A DNA stretch of 64,000 nt from Histomonas meleagridis 2922-C6/04-290x (GCA_020184695.1 JAANOX010000004.1:186001-250000); one strand, 5' to 3'; counted from the stretch's first letter, positions 36,201-46,648 are shown. Numbers and translations: made by a program. The notes: generated by a model not told the origin, from the letters alone.

Positions 36201-36787
36201 TGAAACAGCACTTATGAAAGCATCTTTTAATGGTCATATAGAAATAGTTCAATTACTTCTTGAACAAGAAGGAATTGATATTAATGCTAAAGATATTTAT
36301 TTGTTTTTATTTGATATTTATTTTTAATAATTTTATATTTCAAAATAATATTTAAAAATATTTTCATTATTCCGAACAGCACTTACATTAGCATCTTTTA
36401 ATGGTCGTACAGAAATCGTTAAATTACTTCTTGAACAAGAAGGAATTGATATTAATGCTAAAGATATTTATTTGTTTTATTTAATATTTATTTTAATAAT
36501 TTTATATTTCAATATAATATTTGGAAATTATTTAAATTATTTGAAACAGCACTTATGAAAGCATCTTTTAATGGTCATATAGAAATAGTTAAATTACTTC
36601 TTGAACAAGAAGGAATTGATATTAATGCTAAAGATATTTATTTGTTTTATTTGATATTTATTTTAATAATTTGGTAATTCAAAATAATATTTGGAAATTA
36701 TTTAAAATATTTGAAACATCACTTATGATAGCACCTTCTTATGGTCATACAGAAACAGTTAAATTACTAAATGAAAAAGGGGCATAA
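30206..36787 (+). other. DUF3447-ankyrin gene with long interrupted ankyrin array (locus A-right, 32 spacer-preceded modules)
   Basis: ATG 30206; DUF3447 core; modules T(A/S)LxxASxNG(H/R)xEIVxLLLEQEGIDINAK(D/N)I start at 31474...36716, mostly 170 bp apart; terminal TSLMIAPSYGHTETVKLLNEKGA-stop. Confidence 0.88.
31474..36787 (+). repeat. Tandem 170-bp repeat (93-nt ankyrin module + 77-nt AT-rich spacer)
   Basis: Counted module starts, e.g. 31815, 31985, 32155 ... 34365 at exact 170-bp steps; two 153-bp units at 35558 and 35711. Confidence 0.95.
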
Positions 36788-37569
36788 AAATTTTTTATAT
36801 GAACTGGTTCCATGATCCATCATAAATTGTATAAATGCTCTTTCAAATACCTTATCTTTTCGCATGTTGAAGTTTTTTTTCATGAACAAATAACTATTGG
36901 TATCAATATGTTTGTTGTTCTCCATATTTCTTCGATTTTTTGTTTTATTGGATCGAGTTTTTTTTTCTTTTTCTTTTTCTTTTCCAACTTTTCGATCTCA
37001 TCATCCAATCTCTTTATGAGGTTTAACTTCTTGTTGAATTTTTTTGATTCCAATTTAAATTCTTTGTGCTTTACATGATACATAGTCAATTAAGTTCAGC
37101 AACCAATTGAGTAAAATATAAAAATCTGATTATCAAAATTTTCGAAAACCAATTTTCAACATGACTCTGAAGAAGAAAACGAAGAAAATGAACGAAAGGA
37201 ACTTCAAGTGCGAATTATGAAATTAGATATTGAATTTTTATTCAAATATTAGAAATTTTAACATGATTTCACTCAATTTTAACATAAAAATAAGATTTTT
37301 TTGCCATATTTTTCGGCGGCGCATATGATGAGCTCAATTACACCAACGTATATCTTCTTTTGATAATTATAATTATACCTAATCGAAGAAAATAGCTCTC
37401 AAAACAATCAATTTTTTAAATATTAATCAATAAATTGTGTTTCTTTCGGCTTGCAAATGTTTATAAATCTATTTCTGATTGGCATTACCACACAGTAAAA
37501 TACAGAAGAACATACCACTTTTTCATAAAACATTCAATCCAAAAATGCCGTTACTACATGTAATTGACA

Positions 37570-39963
37570 ATGTTTGTTCGATGCATAATGTATCAAAATG
37601 AGAAACGAACTCCAAAAGATTTTATCTTCGAATTCGACAGAGTCCTTCACGAGCTCGAGCAGCTTGCAGAGCAGGTAGCGGTGCACAAGAAGAAATTCGA
37701 ATATTCAGTCAATCAATTTCGACGTTTTCTTACACATTTTACCATTTCCGCACGTTCCACGTCACCGATCACTGCATGCGAAAACAGTGCAATTCACGAC
37801 ATATTTTCTAAGCTCAATGAGTTAAATCGTTTACTTACACATCATCAATCAAATTGTTGGGCACAAACAACACTCGAATATCCAATCAATTCAATACCAT
37901 TGCAACTTTGTAACATTGCACAAAACCTTCGGAATTCAACTTATCATTTAGATCCAGAAGGATCCTTATTTTTCGAGCCTGATCCACAGAAATGGGTACA
38001 GTTTCATATATTAGATCTGAAAGCTATTTCAGTATCATTTCATAATTACATTAATTCCAATGGAAATGAAGATGTTGTTTCATTAATGAATGCACGCTTA
38101 CGTTCAATCAACATATTCCTCAAGCAGTATGAAAACGAATCAATTATTGCTCCTGGCATCCGAATATTTTCGCCTATTCCAGTCCATTATCAGTCATGGC
38201 GCGTCAAATATTCTGACTTTGATCCCAAGGAAGAAATTGGCTCTGGGATTTCTGCTAATGTATATTATGGATTTGATAAACGCACTGGGAATGAAGTTGC
38301 CATCAAAAAACTTAAGTTCAAAGAGTTAACGGGCGCCGAGCTAAACGTCTTCCAGCGGGAAGTTATCGTTCTGTCAACTGCCATTCATCCAACGCTTGTC
38401 GGTTTTGTGGGTGCCACCGATACGCCTCCATATTGTATTATCACAGAGTGGATGTCAGGCGGGACGTTATATCAAGAATTACAACAGAATAAACGTCTTA
38501 ACCCTACGATGCGTACGATAGCTGCGTTTGACATTGCACGTGGAATGGAATTCTTACATTCGCGTCATATTATTCATCGCGACCTCAAGTCGTTAAACGT
38601 CTTATTTGATTCCAAAGGATTTGCACATATATGTGACTTTGGGTTTTCACGTAATGAAGATGACGTAATGACTGGTAATGTCGGGACGCCCCATTGGATG
38701 GCACCTGAGTTATTGGGATGTAGTGTTAATTATACGTCTAAAGTCGACGTGTATTCATATGGAATACTTTTATGGGAAATTGTAAGCGAAAGTTTACCAT
38801 ATGAAGGAATGGCATCGTTACAAATTGTCCAACAAGTTTACATTAATAATTTACGCCCACAAATACCAAAGAATGCGCCAACGGCAGTAAAAGAACTGAT
38901 CAAGAAATGTTGGGATAGAAATCCAGACGTTAGGCCGACGTTTAAAGAAATTGTTTCAATGTTTCAATCAGGGAAAATTCTATTTAATGGCGCAAATCAT
39001 GACGAGTTCATGCGATATGTGAATGATAAAATAGGAAACGACGAAAAGAATAATGAAATAGAATTAGAAAATAAGTTAAACAAATCAGAAAGTATAGAAG
39101 ATATAGTAAAAACATTACAAAAAAATGGAATACCTTCAAACTTACAAGAGAAATGTTGGGAACTAATCGAATGTTGTACCAATTCCCCAGAATATGTAGC
39201 TAAGGCTGCAATTTTGTTCTTGAAAACTCCTTTAAAAACTAAAGCGGCATCATTACTGAGATCATTACCAATGGGATCGTTGTCTCCGAAAGAAAGCGCT
39301 TCGATTGCAGAGCTAATCCCAAGTGGTTCAGATGAATTCGATGATGATATTGCAATTACTGCTTGTAAAAATGGGGCTGCTGATGCAATAGCTGTGTACG
39401 CAGTTTCTTTAATACATGTTAAACTTGCGTTGGAATTGGTGGTAAAACAAGGAGTGGACGTAATGTTGAAAGCTGCCGTTGCCGATCGTTGTGTTCAAGG
39501 TGTTTATTCGAATGATGAATCTTTGGCTTGTATATCATTAAGATGTTTGATTAGTATTGGCGAATTTAGAAGAATTCCTTTTAACGCAATTCAAAAGTTC
39601 TTGAATACAGAAGATAACGGGTTAAAGGATTGTATATTCACTGCTATAATGGCGGCTTCGAAAGAACAAAATGTTTCAAATGAAATTATGGACTTCTTGT
39701 TAAAAGAAGTAGAAAAGAATTCTATAGCTGTCCCCGCATTGTTGGCAATATGTAGAGATGAGAAGGTGGCGTTGTATGTGCTGGAACGAATGAGCAATTA
39801 TTCATTTGATGAGGAAATCATTTTAAAGTTGATGTTTTTGATGTGTCAAAACCGCGCGCTGCATTCAAATGTATTGAATGCGTTGGAACTTTTTAAATTC
39901 AACGATAAAAACTATGAAAATGTTGCGTTAGAGTTAATGAATTATATTAAGTCTTTAACATAA
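37570..39963 (+). CDS. TKL-family protein kinase
   Basis: IGSGISANVY, VAIKKL, IIHRDLKSLNVL, DFG, GTPHWMAPE, DVYSYG, CWDRNPDVRPTF; helical C-terminus. Confidence 0.92.
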   Translation: MFVRCIMYQNEKRTPKDFIFEFDRVLHELEQLAEQVAVHKKKFEYSVNQFRRFLTHFTISARSTSPITACENSAIHDIFSKLNELNRLLTHHQSNCWAQTTLEYPINSIPLQLCNIAQNLRNSTYHLDPEGSLFFEPDPQKWVQFHILDLKAISVSFHNYINSNGNEDVVSLMNARLRSINIFLKQYENESIIAPGIRIFSPIPVHYQSWRVKYSDFDPKEEIGSGISANVYYGFDKRTGNEVAIKKLKFKELTGAELNVFQREVIVLSTAIHPTLVGFVGATDTPPYCIITEWMSGGTLYQELQQNKRLNPTMRTIAAFDIARGMEFLHSRHIIHRDLKSLNVLFDSKGFAHICDFGFSRNEDDVMTGNVGTPHWMAPELLGCSVNYTSKVDVYSYGILLWEIVSESLPYEGMASLQIVQQVYINNLRPQIPKNAPTAVKELIKKCWDRNPDVRPTFKEIVSMFQSGKILFNGANHDEFMRYVNDKIGNDEKNNEIELENKLNKSESIEDIVKTLQKNGIPSNLQEKCWELIECCTNSPEYVAKAAILFLKTPLKTKAASLLRSLPMGSLSPKESASIAELIPSGSDEFDDDIAITACKNGAADAIAVYAVSLIHVKLALELVVKQGVDVMLKAAVADRCVQGVYSNDESLACISLRCLISIGEFRRIPFNAIQKFLNTEDNGLKDCIFTAIMAASKEQNVSNEIMDFLLKEVEKNSIAVPALLAICRDEKVALYVLERMSNYSFDEEIILKLMFLMCQNRALHSNVLNALELFKFNDKNYENVALELMNYIKSLT

Positions 39964-39994
39964 TATTTGTTTGTAAACAAAAATAGAAATAGTT

Positions 39995-40681
39995 TTATTT
40001 ATTTATATCATATGTATATTTATTTATTAAATAGGGACTAACGAATTGTGATAAAGTTTCGTCTTTCTGTAGAAAATTAATTATGTTTTCCGCAGTTAAT
40101 GTGCATCCATTCGGTTCATCTGTTAAAATTATTGATTTCTTTAGTATTATTAGAAGTAAATGATAAAGAAATTCAAATAAAGAATGAGTTGCAGTATGAT
40201 GAATAGATAATTTGATCTGTCGGATTTGTAGCAAAAATATAATTCTTCGTTTAATTTCATATTCATGCGGAAGTCGATGAAGTTCTTTCGATGAATATGT
40301 CATTATATCATTGTTCAAAAAATCAGGTGATTCTGTTCGAGGATAAGGAACTTGTTGTTTTGGGTTTATTTTTGGTTTAAATCCTGGTGGTGGAATTGAT
40401 GAAAAATGTGCATTAAAAATAATTGCTCTAACAAATTCATTATGAAGAAGTTTTGCTTCATTTGTCGTTAAACATTCTTCCATGGTTTCATCAAAGTATT
40501 TTTTATTACATTTTCTATGTAGAAAATCATTAAATGTTGTCCAATATTTTGGGTTATCAACCAAATTTAATAATTTTTCTTTTATTCCCAGAACGTCTTT
40601 TCGGCAAGACAACAACGCTTGTTGTTCTTTCATCATTCCATTTAAAAATACCCTTTCATCAAGTTCTCTTTTATCGCTCAT
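39995..40681 (-). CDS. SAGA Ada1/Tada1-like protein
   Basis: IKEKLLNLVDNPKYWTTFNDFLHRKCNKKYFD...LLHNEFVRAIIFNA matches the Tada1 N-terminal pattern. Confidence 0.6.
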   Translation of the reverse strand: MSDKRELDERVFLNGMMKEQQALLSCRKDVLGIKEKLLNLVDNPKYWTTFNDFLHRKCNKKYFDETMEECLTTNEAKLLHNEFVRAIIFNAHFSSIPPPGFKPKINPKQQVPYPRTESPDFLNNDIMTYSSKELHRLPHEYEIKRRIIFLLQIRQIKLSIHHTATHSLFEFLYHLLLIILKKSIILTDEPNGCTLTAENIINFLQKDETLSQFVSPYLINKYTYDINK

Positions 40682-40738
40682 TGTTTACAACGGATTTATT
40701 TTTCAATAGTTTATAAAATGTATTGACGTTCAAAAGTA

Positions 40739-42583
40739 ATGATTGAATTTAAAGAAGCACCTCCTCCAAAGCTTCCAAACAATGTTAAAAATTCGAGGCG
40801 AACAATTGCAAACATATACCCAGATGAATCTATTCTTTATACTTTGGTATCTACAAATAAAACAGAAATTCAATTGGTAAAAGCAAATGGTGAAACTATA
40901 ACAGTAATTTCTTTTAATGCTTACATGGATATTGTCTCAGCTGATTTATCCCCAGATTTTGAACTCGTAACATACACAGAAAGAATCAGCGGTAAAAAAG
41001 AAAATAATTTTGCTTTCCGAACAACCCTTTGTCAAATACATTCGTTTGAGAGAGTCAAAGTTGTGGAAAACGCTAATCCTATACATTCTTTTTTCCTTGA
41101 AAAAATTAATTTTTTGTATCAAATCGTTACAATAATCGGATCTAAAATAACACATCATCATGTAAGCTTTGTTAACAAGAAAATACGAATTAAACAATAT
41201 AGAAATAACATCAATTTAGCAGGATGTATGAAATGGTTTTATTGTCAACCACATAATTTCTTTTTTGCCATTTTATCTCAATCCGTAAAAGTATTTAAGC
41301 TTGTCAATACAGGAGCCCAAATATTATCTTATCCTTATAATTCTAAAAAATCATCACTTCTTCCAACGCAACTTGCACTCATGCCTACATATCCTAGTAA
41401 CTTACCACACTACCGTTTTTCCCGTAACATTTGTTATTGCCTCCCATTTAAAAATGATTTTGGCATCATCGAGCAACTTTATTCAGACGAATTCAAAAAT
41501 TTGACTTTTTCAGTGTCAACCGTCGTGAAGCCGTTTAGTCAAGTCTATGAAGTTGAAGGAGTTGATCCTGGACTTCCTCTTAACTTTATGTGTTATGGTT
41601 TATTAGTTTTTCCTTTTGTTGTTAATTCGTTTATATATATGATCAACTTTTCTAATTCACCTCCATCAGTTCATATCCTTCCAAAAGTTCTTGCAAAAGG
41701 GCCATCAAGTAATTGTACCATTTCCATTGGCACTTCAAATTACATTGTTGATATTGTTACACGCAAAACGTTTCTATGTAATTTATCAATATGTGATATC
41801 AAAGAAAAACTTGACTTTTCAGACAAATCTCTTCTCCATGTATTTGCTACAATATATGGGAAACTTCCCCAGCATTTTTCTTTACCATGGCTTTTAAATC
41901 AATTACCAGATGACATTGCAAACATTCGTTACTTTATCAACTCATCCCTTAACATTGGGCTCAAACTAAAGTATTGTCTTCGTAATACTGTTTCCAAACA
42001 TTCTCATCGTCGTGTAGAAGATCTTCTAATGAGCAAAGTTCCACTCACGGCTTCAGAGATTTCATTTCTCAATAGCATTGATGCTGATTTCCCATCTGCA
42101 GGACCTACAAGTCGAGTTGAATCGTTCTATAATTTTCTTGTTTGTTCGAAGCATACAAAAATTCAGAACCCCATTGAAAAAGGTATTCAACTTCTATCAT
42201 TCCAAAACCGCTTCATAACCGTCGTGCGACAAGGACTTGACGAATGGAAAGAGAAATATAAACCAAGCTTACTTCGACAAATGATCATATACACGATTTT
42301 ACTTAACGAAACTGAAATGCTTTCAACACCTGCGGTCCCGTGTTTGAAAGAAGAATGTCAGGAACTCGCATATGAGATTTGTACAGATACACTCTTGCGT
42401 CAAATGGAAGATAGTGGACTTATCGATAGGTGCTCGGGTGATGCAAGATATTGGACTGGAAGATTGGGCGAAGAAGACGATGAAAGTGTAAGTGAGAATG
42501 GATCTCATAGCTCTGAGTCGAATTGGAGACAATCAGAAATATCAAATGATGAAATGTCAGCTTTGACTTCATTCGGATTGTAA
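40739..42583 (+). CDS. Hypothetical protein
   Basis: 614 aa uninterrupted ORF; no confident family call. Confidence 0.7.
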   Translation: MIEFKEAPPPKLPNNVKNSRRTIANIYPDESILYTLVSTNKTEIQLVKANGETITVISFNAYMDIVSADLSPDFELVTYTERISGKKENNFAFRTTLCQIHSFERVKVVENANPIHSFFLEKINFLYQIVTIIGSKITHHHVSFVNKKIRIKQYRNNINLAGCMKWFYCQPHNFFFAILSQSVKVFKLVNTGAQILSYPYNSKKSSLLPTQLALMPTYPSNLPHYRFSRNICYCLPFKNDFGIIEQLYSDEFKNLTFSVSTVVKPFSQVYEVEGVDPGLPLNFMCYGLLVFPFVVNSFIYMINFSNSPPSVHILPKVLAKGPSSNCTISIGTSNYIVDIVTRKTFLCNLSICDIKEKLDFSDKSLLHVFATIYGKLPQHFSLPWLLNQLPDDIANIRYFINSSLNIGLKLKYCLRNTVSKHSHRRVEDLLMSKVPLTASEISFLNSIDADFPSAGPTSRVESFYNFLVCSKHTKIQNPIEKGIQLLSFQNRFITVVRQGLDEWKEKYKPSLLRQMIIYTILLNETEMLSTPAVPCLKEECQELAYEICTDTLLRQMEDSGLIDRCSGDARYWTGRLGEEDDESVSENGSHSSESNWRQSEISNDEMSALTSFGL

Positions 42584-42878
42584 TTAGTTTCTTGAATAAA
42601 ATATATACTATCTTTAATTAGAAAAGTAAATTGTTTGTAAACATTAACTTCATGAAACGTTTGTGTAATTCTGGTTTTTAGACATTAATTAAAGTCCAAA
42701 TTTTGATATCAAAATATTTTTTTTTTTTTGGTAAGAATTTATATAATGACGATAATTTTACAGTGCATTTCTTTTTAATTAGCAAGTAAAGTTATAATAT
42801 ATTTTTAAACAGCTTTTATAAGAACTTTTTTAACAAAGGATTAAAAAACCGCCACATTAACGGTTTCGGTTTGGCCTT

Positions 42879-42886
42879 CCTTTTCC
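42879..42886 (+). promoter_or_regulatory. Pyrimidine-rich CCTTT (M5-like) core promoter motif
   Basis: CCTTTTCC just before the RPL13A ATG; CCTTT motifs are known at trichomonad ribosomal-protein promoters. Confidence 0.4.
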
Positions 42887-42888
42887 TC

Positions 42889-43485
42889 ATGTCGATTGTT
42901 ATTGACGGAAAGGGCCATGTTTCTGGTCGCTTAGCAGGTGTTATTGCAAAGCAATTGCTCAACGGAAGGAAAATCGTTGTTGTTCGTGCCGAAAGTATCG
43001 TTACAACTGGTGATCACCGCTTCAATTATCACAAGTACCGCCGTTTCTTAAGAAAGACAACCAACTCAAACCCACGCCACGGTCCATTCCATGAACGTGC
43101 CCCAGCCGAAATCTTCGCACGTACAGTTCGCGGCATGGTTAATTATAAGACAGCTCGTGGTGCTGCTGCTTTTGCAAGGCTTAAGGTTTACGAAGGCATC
43201 CCAGAGAAGTACGAAGGTGTTAAGAAGCTTGTTGTTCCAACTGCACTCCGTGTTGTTGCAATCCGTACTGATCGCCCAGTTACAACACTCGGAAAGATAT
43301 CAACAACATTCGGCTGGAAGTATGGACATGTTGTCAAAGCACTCGAAGAAAAGAGAATCGCCAAAGCTGCTGAATTACACGAAGCCAAGAAAGCCGAAAA
43401 GGAAAAGAAGCAACGTGCCATTGCCGCTGCCAACAAGCAGCTCGGTGAAGCAGCTGTTAAATTCCTTGAAACATACGTCGAGTAA
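42889..43485 (+). CDS. RPL13A: 60S ribosomal protein L13a (uL13)
   Basis: VIDGKGHVSGRLAGVIAKQLLNGRKIVVVRAE, NPRHGPFHERAPAEIFARTVRGM, RLKVYEGIP, FGWKY. Confidence 0.96.
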   Translation: MSIVIDGKGHVSGRLAGVIAKQLLNGRKIVVVRAESIVTTGDHRFNYHKYRRFLRKTTNSNPRHGPFHERAPAEIFARTVRGMVNYKTARGAAAFARLKVYEGIPEKYEGVKKLVVPTALRVVAIRTDRPVTTLGKISTTFGWKYGHVVKALEEKRIAKAAELHEAKKAEKEKKQRAIAAANKQLGEAAVKFLETYVE

Positions 43486-43673
43486 ACTTGCTTGCATTCA
43501 CCAGTTTTGACACTTTTGGAATGTTTCCACTTTCCGAATAAACAATTCAAAGTCTCTTATCGGCTTTAAACGGTTCCGAAATTTGTTTCATTTGAAGAAA
43601 TTAATTTTTTTACTGATACGAAATCTTAAAAAAAAAATTTATTTTACAGTAAACAATTTGTTGTGTTTCAGTT

Positions 43674-45914
43674 TTACATTAATTCTTTCATAATGTTTTC
43701 GATGATGGAATCCCAGTCCGTTTGCGGGTCCTCATTGATCAAGTAGCACAAAGCCTTCTCTATCACAAGTTCCCATTTGTCTTCATCGTCAGGTGCTCTT
43801 GTTCTGACACATGCGATAATAAATGCTGTGACAAAATGTTCTCTTTTCAGTCCTTTGGAGTCACTTGGTATTGGGTATCCGCACGATGCTTGCAAATTTC
43901 TTTCGTTTGTCCACGAGCCATTTGCATTTTGTAATTGCATCACTCGCAACAAGAAAAACGGTTTCTTGCCACTTTTGCTTACAATAACCGTTTTATGTTG
44001 CGGCTGTACAAAAGTGTTCAAGTTGACAACGATTGGATTTGCCCTTGCTGTTGCTGTACCAAAGAACGCCCTCTGTCTTTGTTCATTATTTTGGTTTTGT
44101 TGTCCATTGTTATTATTTTTATTACTAGAAAATTCGAGAATTACATCGTCACCTTTGAACATGTTTCGCGGTGTTCGCCTTATCGGATTTCTGATCTGGT
44201 GAATGCGCCTAAATGGGCGTATAGGGAATGGGAATGGCCGTGGGCGAAGATGAGGCGGCGCCGGCGGTTGTATCGGTAACGGCATCGGTTGCGGCGGTTG
44301 TTCTGGCGGTTTCGGCGGTTCTTCCTCTTTTTCACCGATCCAACCGACGCCGTATTTGCTGACGCGCGAATCAACGTGCGAAACATCGCCTTCAACTTCT
44401 TCGTCGCGCTCAAAGGTGATAACGGACGCATTGTCGGGCGTTAGAATTTGGTTTGCTATGGAAATTTCAAGCGCTTCTTCCGGTGAAGAATTTTTCATCT
44501 TTTCAAATGCCCAAAGACTATGAAGTATTGGAAGCTGCGATTGGATCACTGGCAACGAGATCTCCACGTTGAGGTATTTGATCTTGACTTGCTTGATTTC
44601 TTCGATATTGTCTTCGATGGAAAGATATGACGATATGACATCTCCTGGTAAGAATGATGGAAGAGTGATTTCGTTTTCGCCAATGCAGAGCTTGGCATTG
44701 TCCAATGGCTTCGAGGCTGTCATTTTGATGATGGAAAGAAGAGATGAAATAATTGATGATTCATCAGATGGTACATAATATCCTCCTTTCACCTGCGCAA
44801 GCTCTTTGAACTCGCCGATTGAAAACGTGTCCATAAAGAAATGGATATGATCTGGTGATAGTTGAATATCATCATTTAATGATGAACCAAAAATAATAAT
44901 TACGGACTCCATGGCATTGCTGTCTATTTTTTGGGTGGCTTTTGTATAGACATTTTCGAAGGTTTCAGTTTCATTTTCCCCACTTCCGCCATGAAGAAAG
45001 TCAAGAACGGTTTTGCGGTTTTCGTCGGTTAATTCAATTGGACATTCAAAAAGTTGACGATGCGCTTCGCCAAATGTGGAAATGTTGAAGCGGCAGCCAT
45101 GCGGAACAGAGAGGACAAAGAACTCGATTGCGCGCATGGCAAGTGACGTTTGCGAGCTGGTCATTTGGAGACCGTTTTCAAGCAAAATTGTAAATTGTGA
45201 TGGATGACTTCTCATGACACGAGGTGTTGGAGAGATCATTCTAAGGTATAAGCGATTGTTGAAGTGTTGATAAAGACATTTTCCAACTAAGGTTTCAAGT
45301 GTGATAACCATGCGTATCGGTTTTAGCATTGAAATTGAATCAGATGTAACAAGACCTTTCGCAACATCAATTTGTGAATCAATGGAAGGAGTTGTTATCG
45401 ATTTGATTTTTGAATTATCTGTAATATCAAATCGAAGTTTAAGTGGAGGAGGATTCAAGTTAACTTGAAGGTCTTCAGGAATACCAACGATGGATGTAGG
45501 TAGAATCATAAGGTATCCATTGTGTGTAGGTGTTAATCCGAATACAAAATAAAGAGCAATCTTGCAAACTTCTTTAGGTGCTAAAGCTCCTATATCAATT
45601 CGAATTTCGTTTTTGTCGTTTGCTTGTGCCATTACTGCAAAATCACTTTGTGCCAATGCATCATCATATTCAATTTTTGCTGATTCATCTTTTGAAACTC
45701 TTGATGTTATTTTTTGCCCTCCAAAATTGACCTTAAATGATGTGGTACATACTCCAGAAGGAAGAGGAAATGTGAATGATGTTTCAACAGGATGATCTTG
45801 TTTATTTTCAAAAGTTCCTTTGAAGGCAGCACGACACACACCATCTTTTATGTGACCAACAAGACGCAGTTCTTGAACTGGTTGAACTTCACCTGTTAAC
45901 AGAGATGCTTTCAT
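43674..45914 (-). CDS. VIT + vWA domain protein (VWA5A-like)
   Basis: VIT-like N-terminus (FENKQDHPVETSFTFPLP), vWA-like core, Pro-rich linker, C-terminal LQNANGSW. Confidence 0.78.
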   Translation of the reverse strand: MKASLLTGEVQPVQELRLVGHIKDGVCRAAFKGTFENKQDHPVETSFTFPLPSGVCTTSFKVNFGGQKITSRVSKDESAKIEYDDALAQSDFAVMAQANDKNEIRIDIGALAPKEVCKIALYFVFGLTPTHNGYLMILPTSIVGIPEDLQVNLNPPPLKLRFDITDNSKIKSITTPSIDSQIDVAKGLVTSDSISMLKPIRMVITLETLVGKCLYQHFNNRLYLRMISPTPRVMRSHPSQFTILLENGLQMTSSQTSLAMRAIEFFVLSVPHGCRFNISTFGEAHRQLFECPIELTDENRKTVLDFLHGGSGENETETFENVYTKATQKIDSNAMESVIIIFGSSLNDDIQLSPDHIHFFMDTFSIGEFKELAQVKGGYYVPSDESSIISSLLSIIKMTASKPLDNAKLCIGENEITLPSFLPGDVISSYLSIEDNIEEIKQVKIKYLNVEISLPVIQSQLPILHSLWAFEKMKNSSPEEALEISIANQILTPDNASVITFERDEEVEGDVSHVDSRVSKYGVGWIGEKEEEPPKPPEQPPQPMPLPIQPPAPPHLRPRPFPFPIRPFRRIHQIRNPIRRTPRNMFKGDDVILEFSSNKNNNNGQQNQNNEQRQRAFFGTATARANPIVVNLNTFVQPQHKTVIVSKSGKKPFFLLRVMQLQNANGSWTNERNLQASCGYPIPSDSKGLKREHFVTAFIIACVRTRAPDDEDKWELVIEKALCYLINEDPQTDWDSIIENIMKELM

Positions 45915-46067
45915 GATGTGAAATGAACAGAAATTTTAATTCAATTTGACAAATTTCTGAATATCTTTGATAAGTTTACGAAAATCTGTCATTTAAGGTT
46001 TTCGTGTCTTTTCATCATGCTTGGAATTGCGTTTTAGATAATGATATTTTGTTATTTTTATGGGCAA

Positions 46068-46648
46068 ATGATGAAAGACATAAAGGAATTGTCAATTGAA
46101 GAATTAGATGCTAAATATCCTAAACAAATGATTCTTCATAGAAATCAAATTTTATCAGTTAGAAGAGATTCAATGTTAAGAAATGTTGCAACTAGAGGAA
46201 CTTATAATGGAGATTTACAAATAAAGAATTTATGGATTTTTGGTAAAGCAGGTATTGGAGAATTCTCTCTTCTAAATGGGTCTACCAAGTCTCACCACTG
46301 GAGATATACCCAAAGGCATTTAATAAGTGGTGGGACGGGTATATATTGAATGATCATAAAATTGTCTGTATAGATGACTTCCCTTGGAAAGGGGATGCAT
46401 TAACTCAGCATATAAAAATTTGGGCAGACAGATACCCATTTTTAGGAGAAATAAAAGGAGGATCTATGGTAATTTATCCTGGTACATTTAGACTTATTAT
46501 AACTAGTAATCATAGTATTGATGAATGCTTCCAAAATGCTTCGGATGAAGATATTCAAGCTCTAAAACGTAGATTTAAATAAGTGCAAATATTGACTACT
46601 GACGATTTATTCCTACAGTCGAGGGTAACTTTTGAAATGATCCAGTAA
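46068..46648 (+). pseudogene. rep: CRESS-virus Rep, SF3 helicase half (disrupted)
   Basis: LWIFGKAGIG[disrupted]SKW (Walker A), KWWDGY, VCIDDF (Walker B), LIITSN (motif C), ALKRRF (Arg finger); frameshift at 46260-46270, stop at 46580; HUH domain absent. Confidence 0.88.

Larger units (their letters stand above)
27843..37066 (+). repeat. Right arm of large inverted duplication (partner 16169-21631)
   Basis: Same content as the left arm in reverse orientation, with an expanded ankyrin array. Confidence 0.92.

Noticed and set aside
31474-36787. CRISPR-like reading of the conserved/variable alternation
   Set aside because: The variable parts are mutually homologous ankyrin codons, not unique spacers; no cas genes; eukaryotic context
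31474-36787. Canonical GT-AG introns as the explanation of the spacers
   Set aside because: A GT at spacer position 6 is common, and an in-frame 71-nt GT..AG can be drawn in the few TTTAGA variants (e.g. near 32490). Most units lack that AG, the AG in ACAG gives a frameshift, GT is missing in several divergent units, and there is no ACTAAC branch motif
31474-36787. Programmed -1 frameshift or a systematic one-base sequencing error hiding a 57-aa repeat ORF
   Set aside because: One extra T would open many locus-A units. However, TGG-to-TAA spacer variants, in-frame 60/78-nt spacers with stops and multiple stops in loci B and C would still terminate translation, and no slippery heptamer is conserved. 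An accurate-read check is still advisable
43091-44431. Overlapping alternative-frame and antisense ORFs over RPL13A and the VWA gene
   Set aside because: Shadow ORFs arising from locally higher GC and codon bias; no motifs
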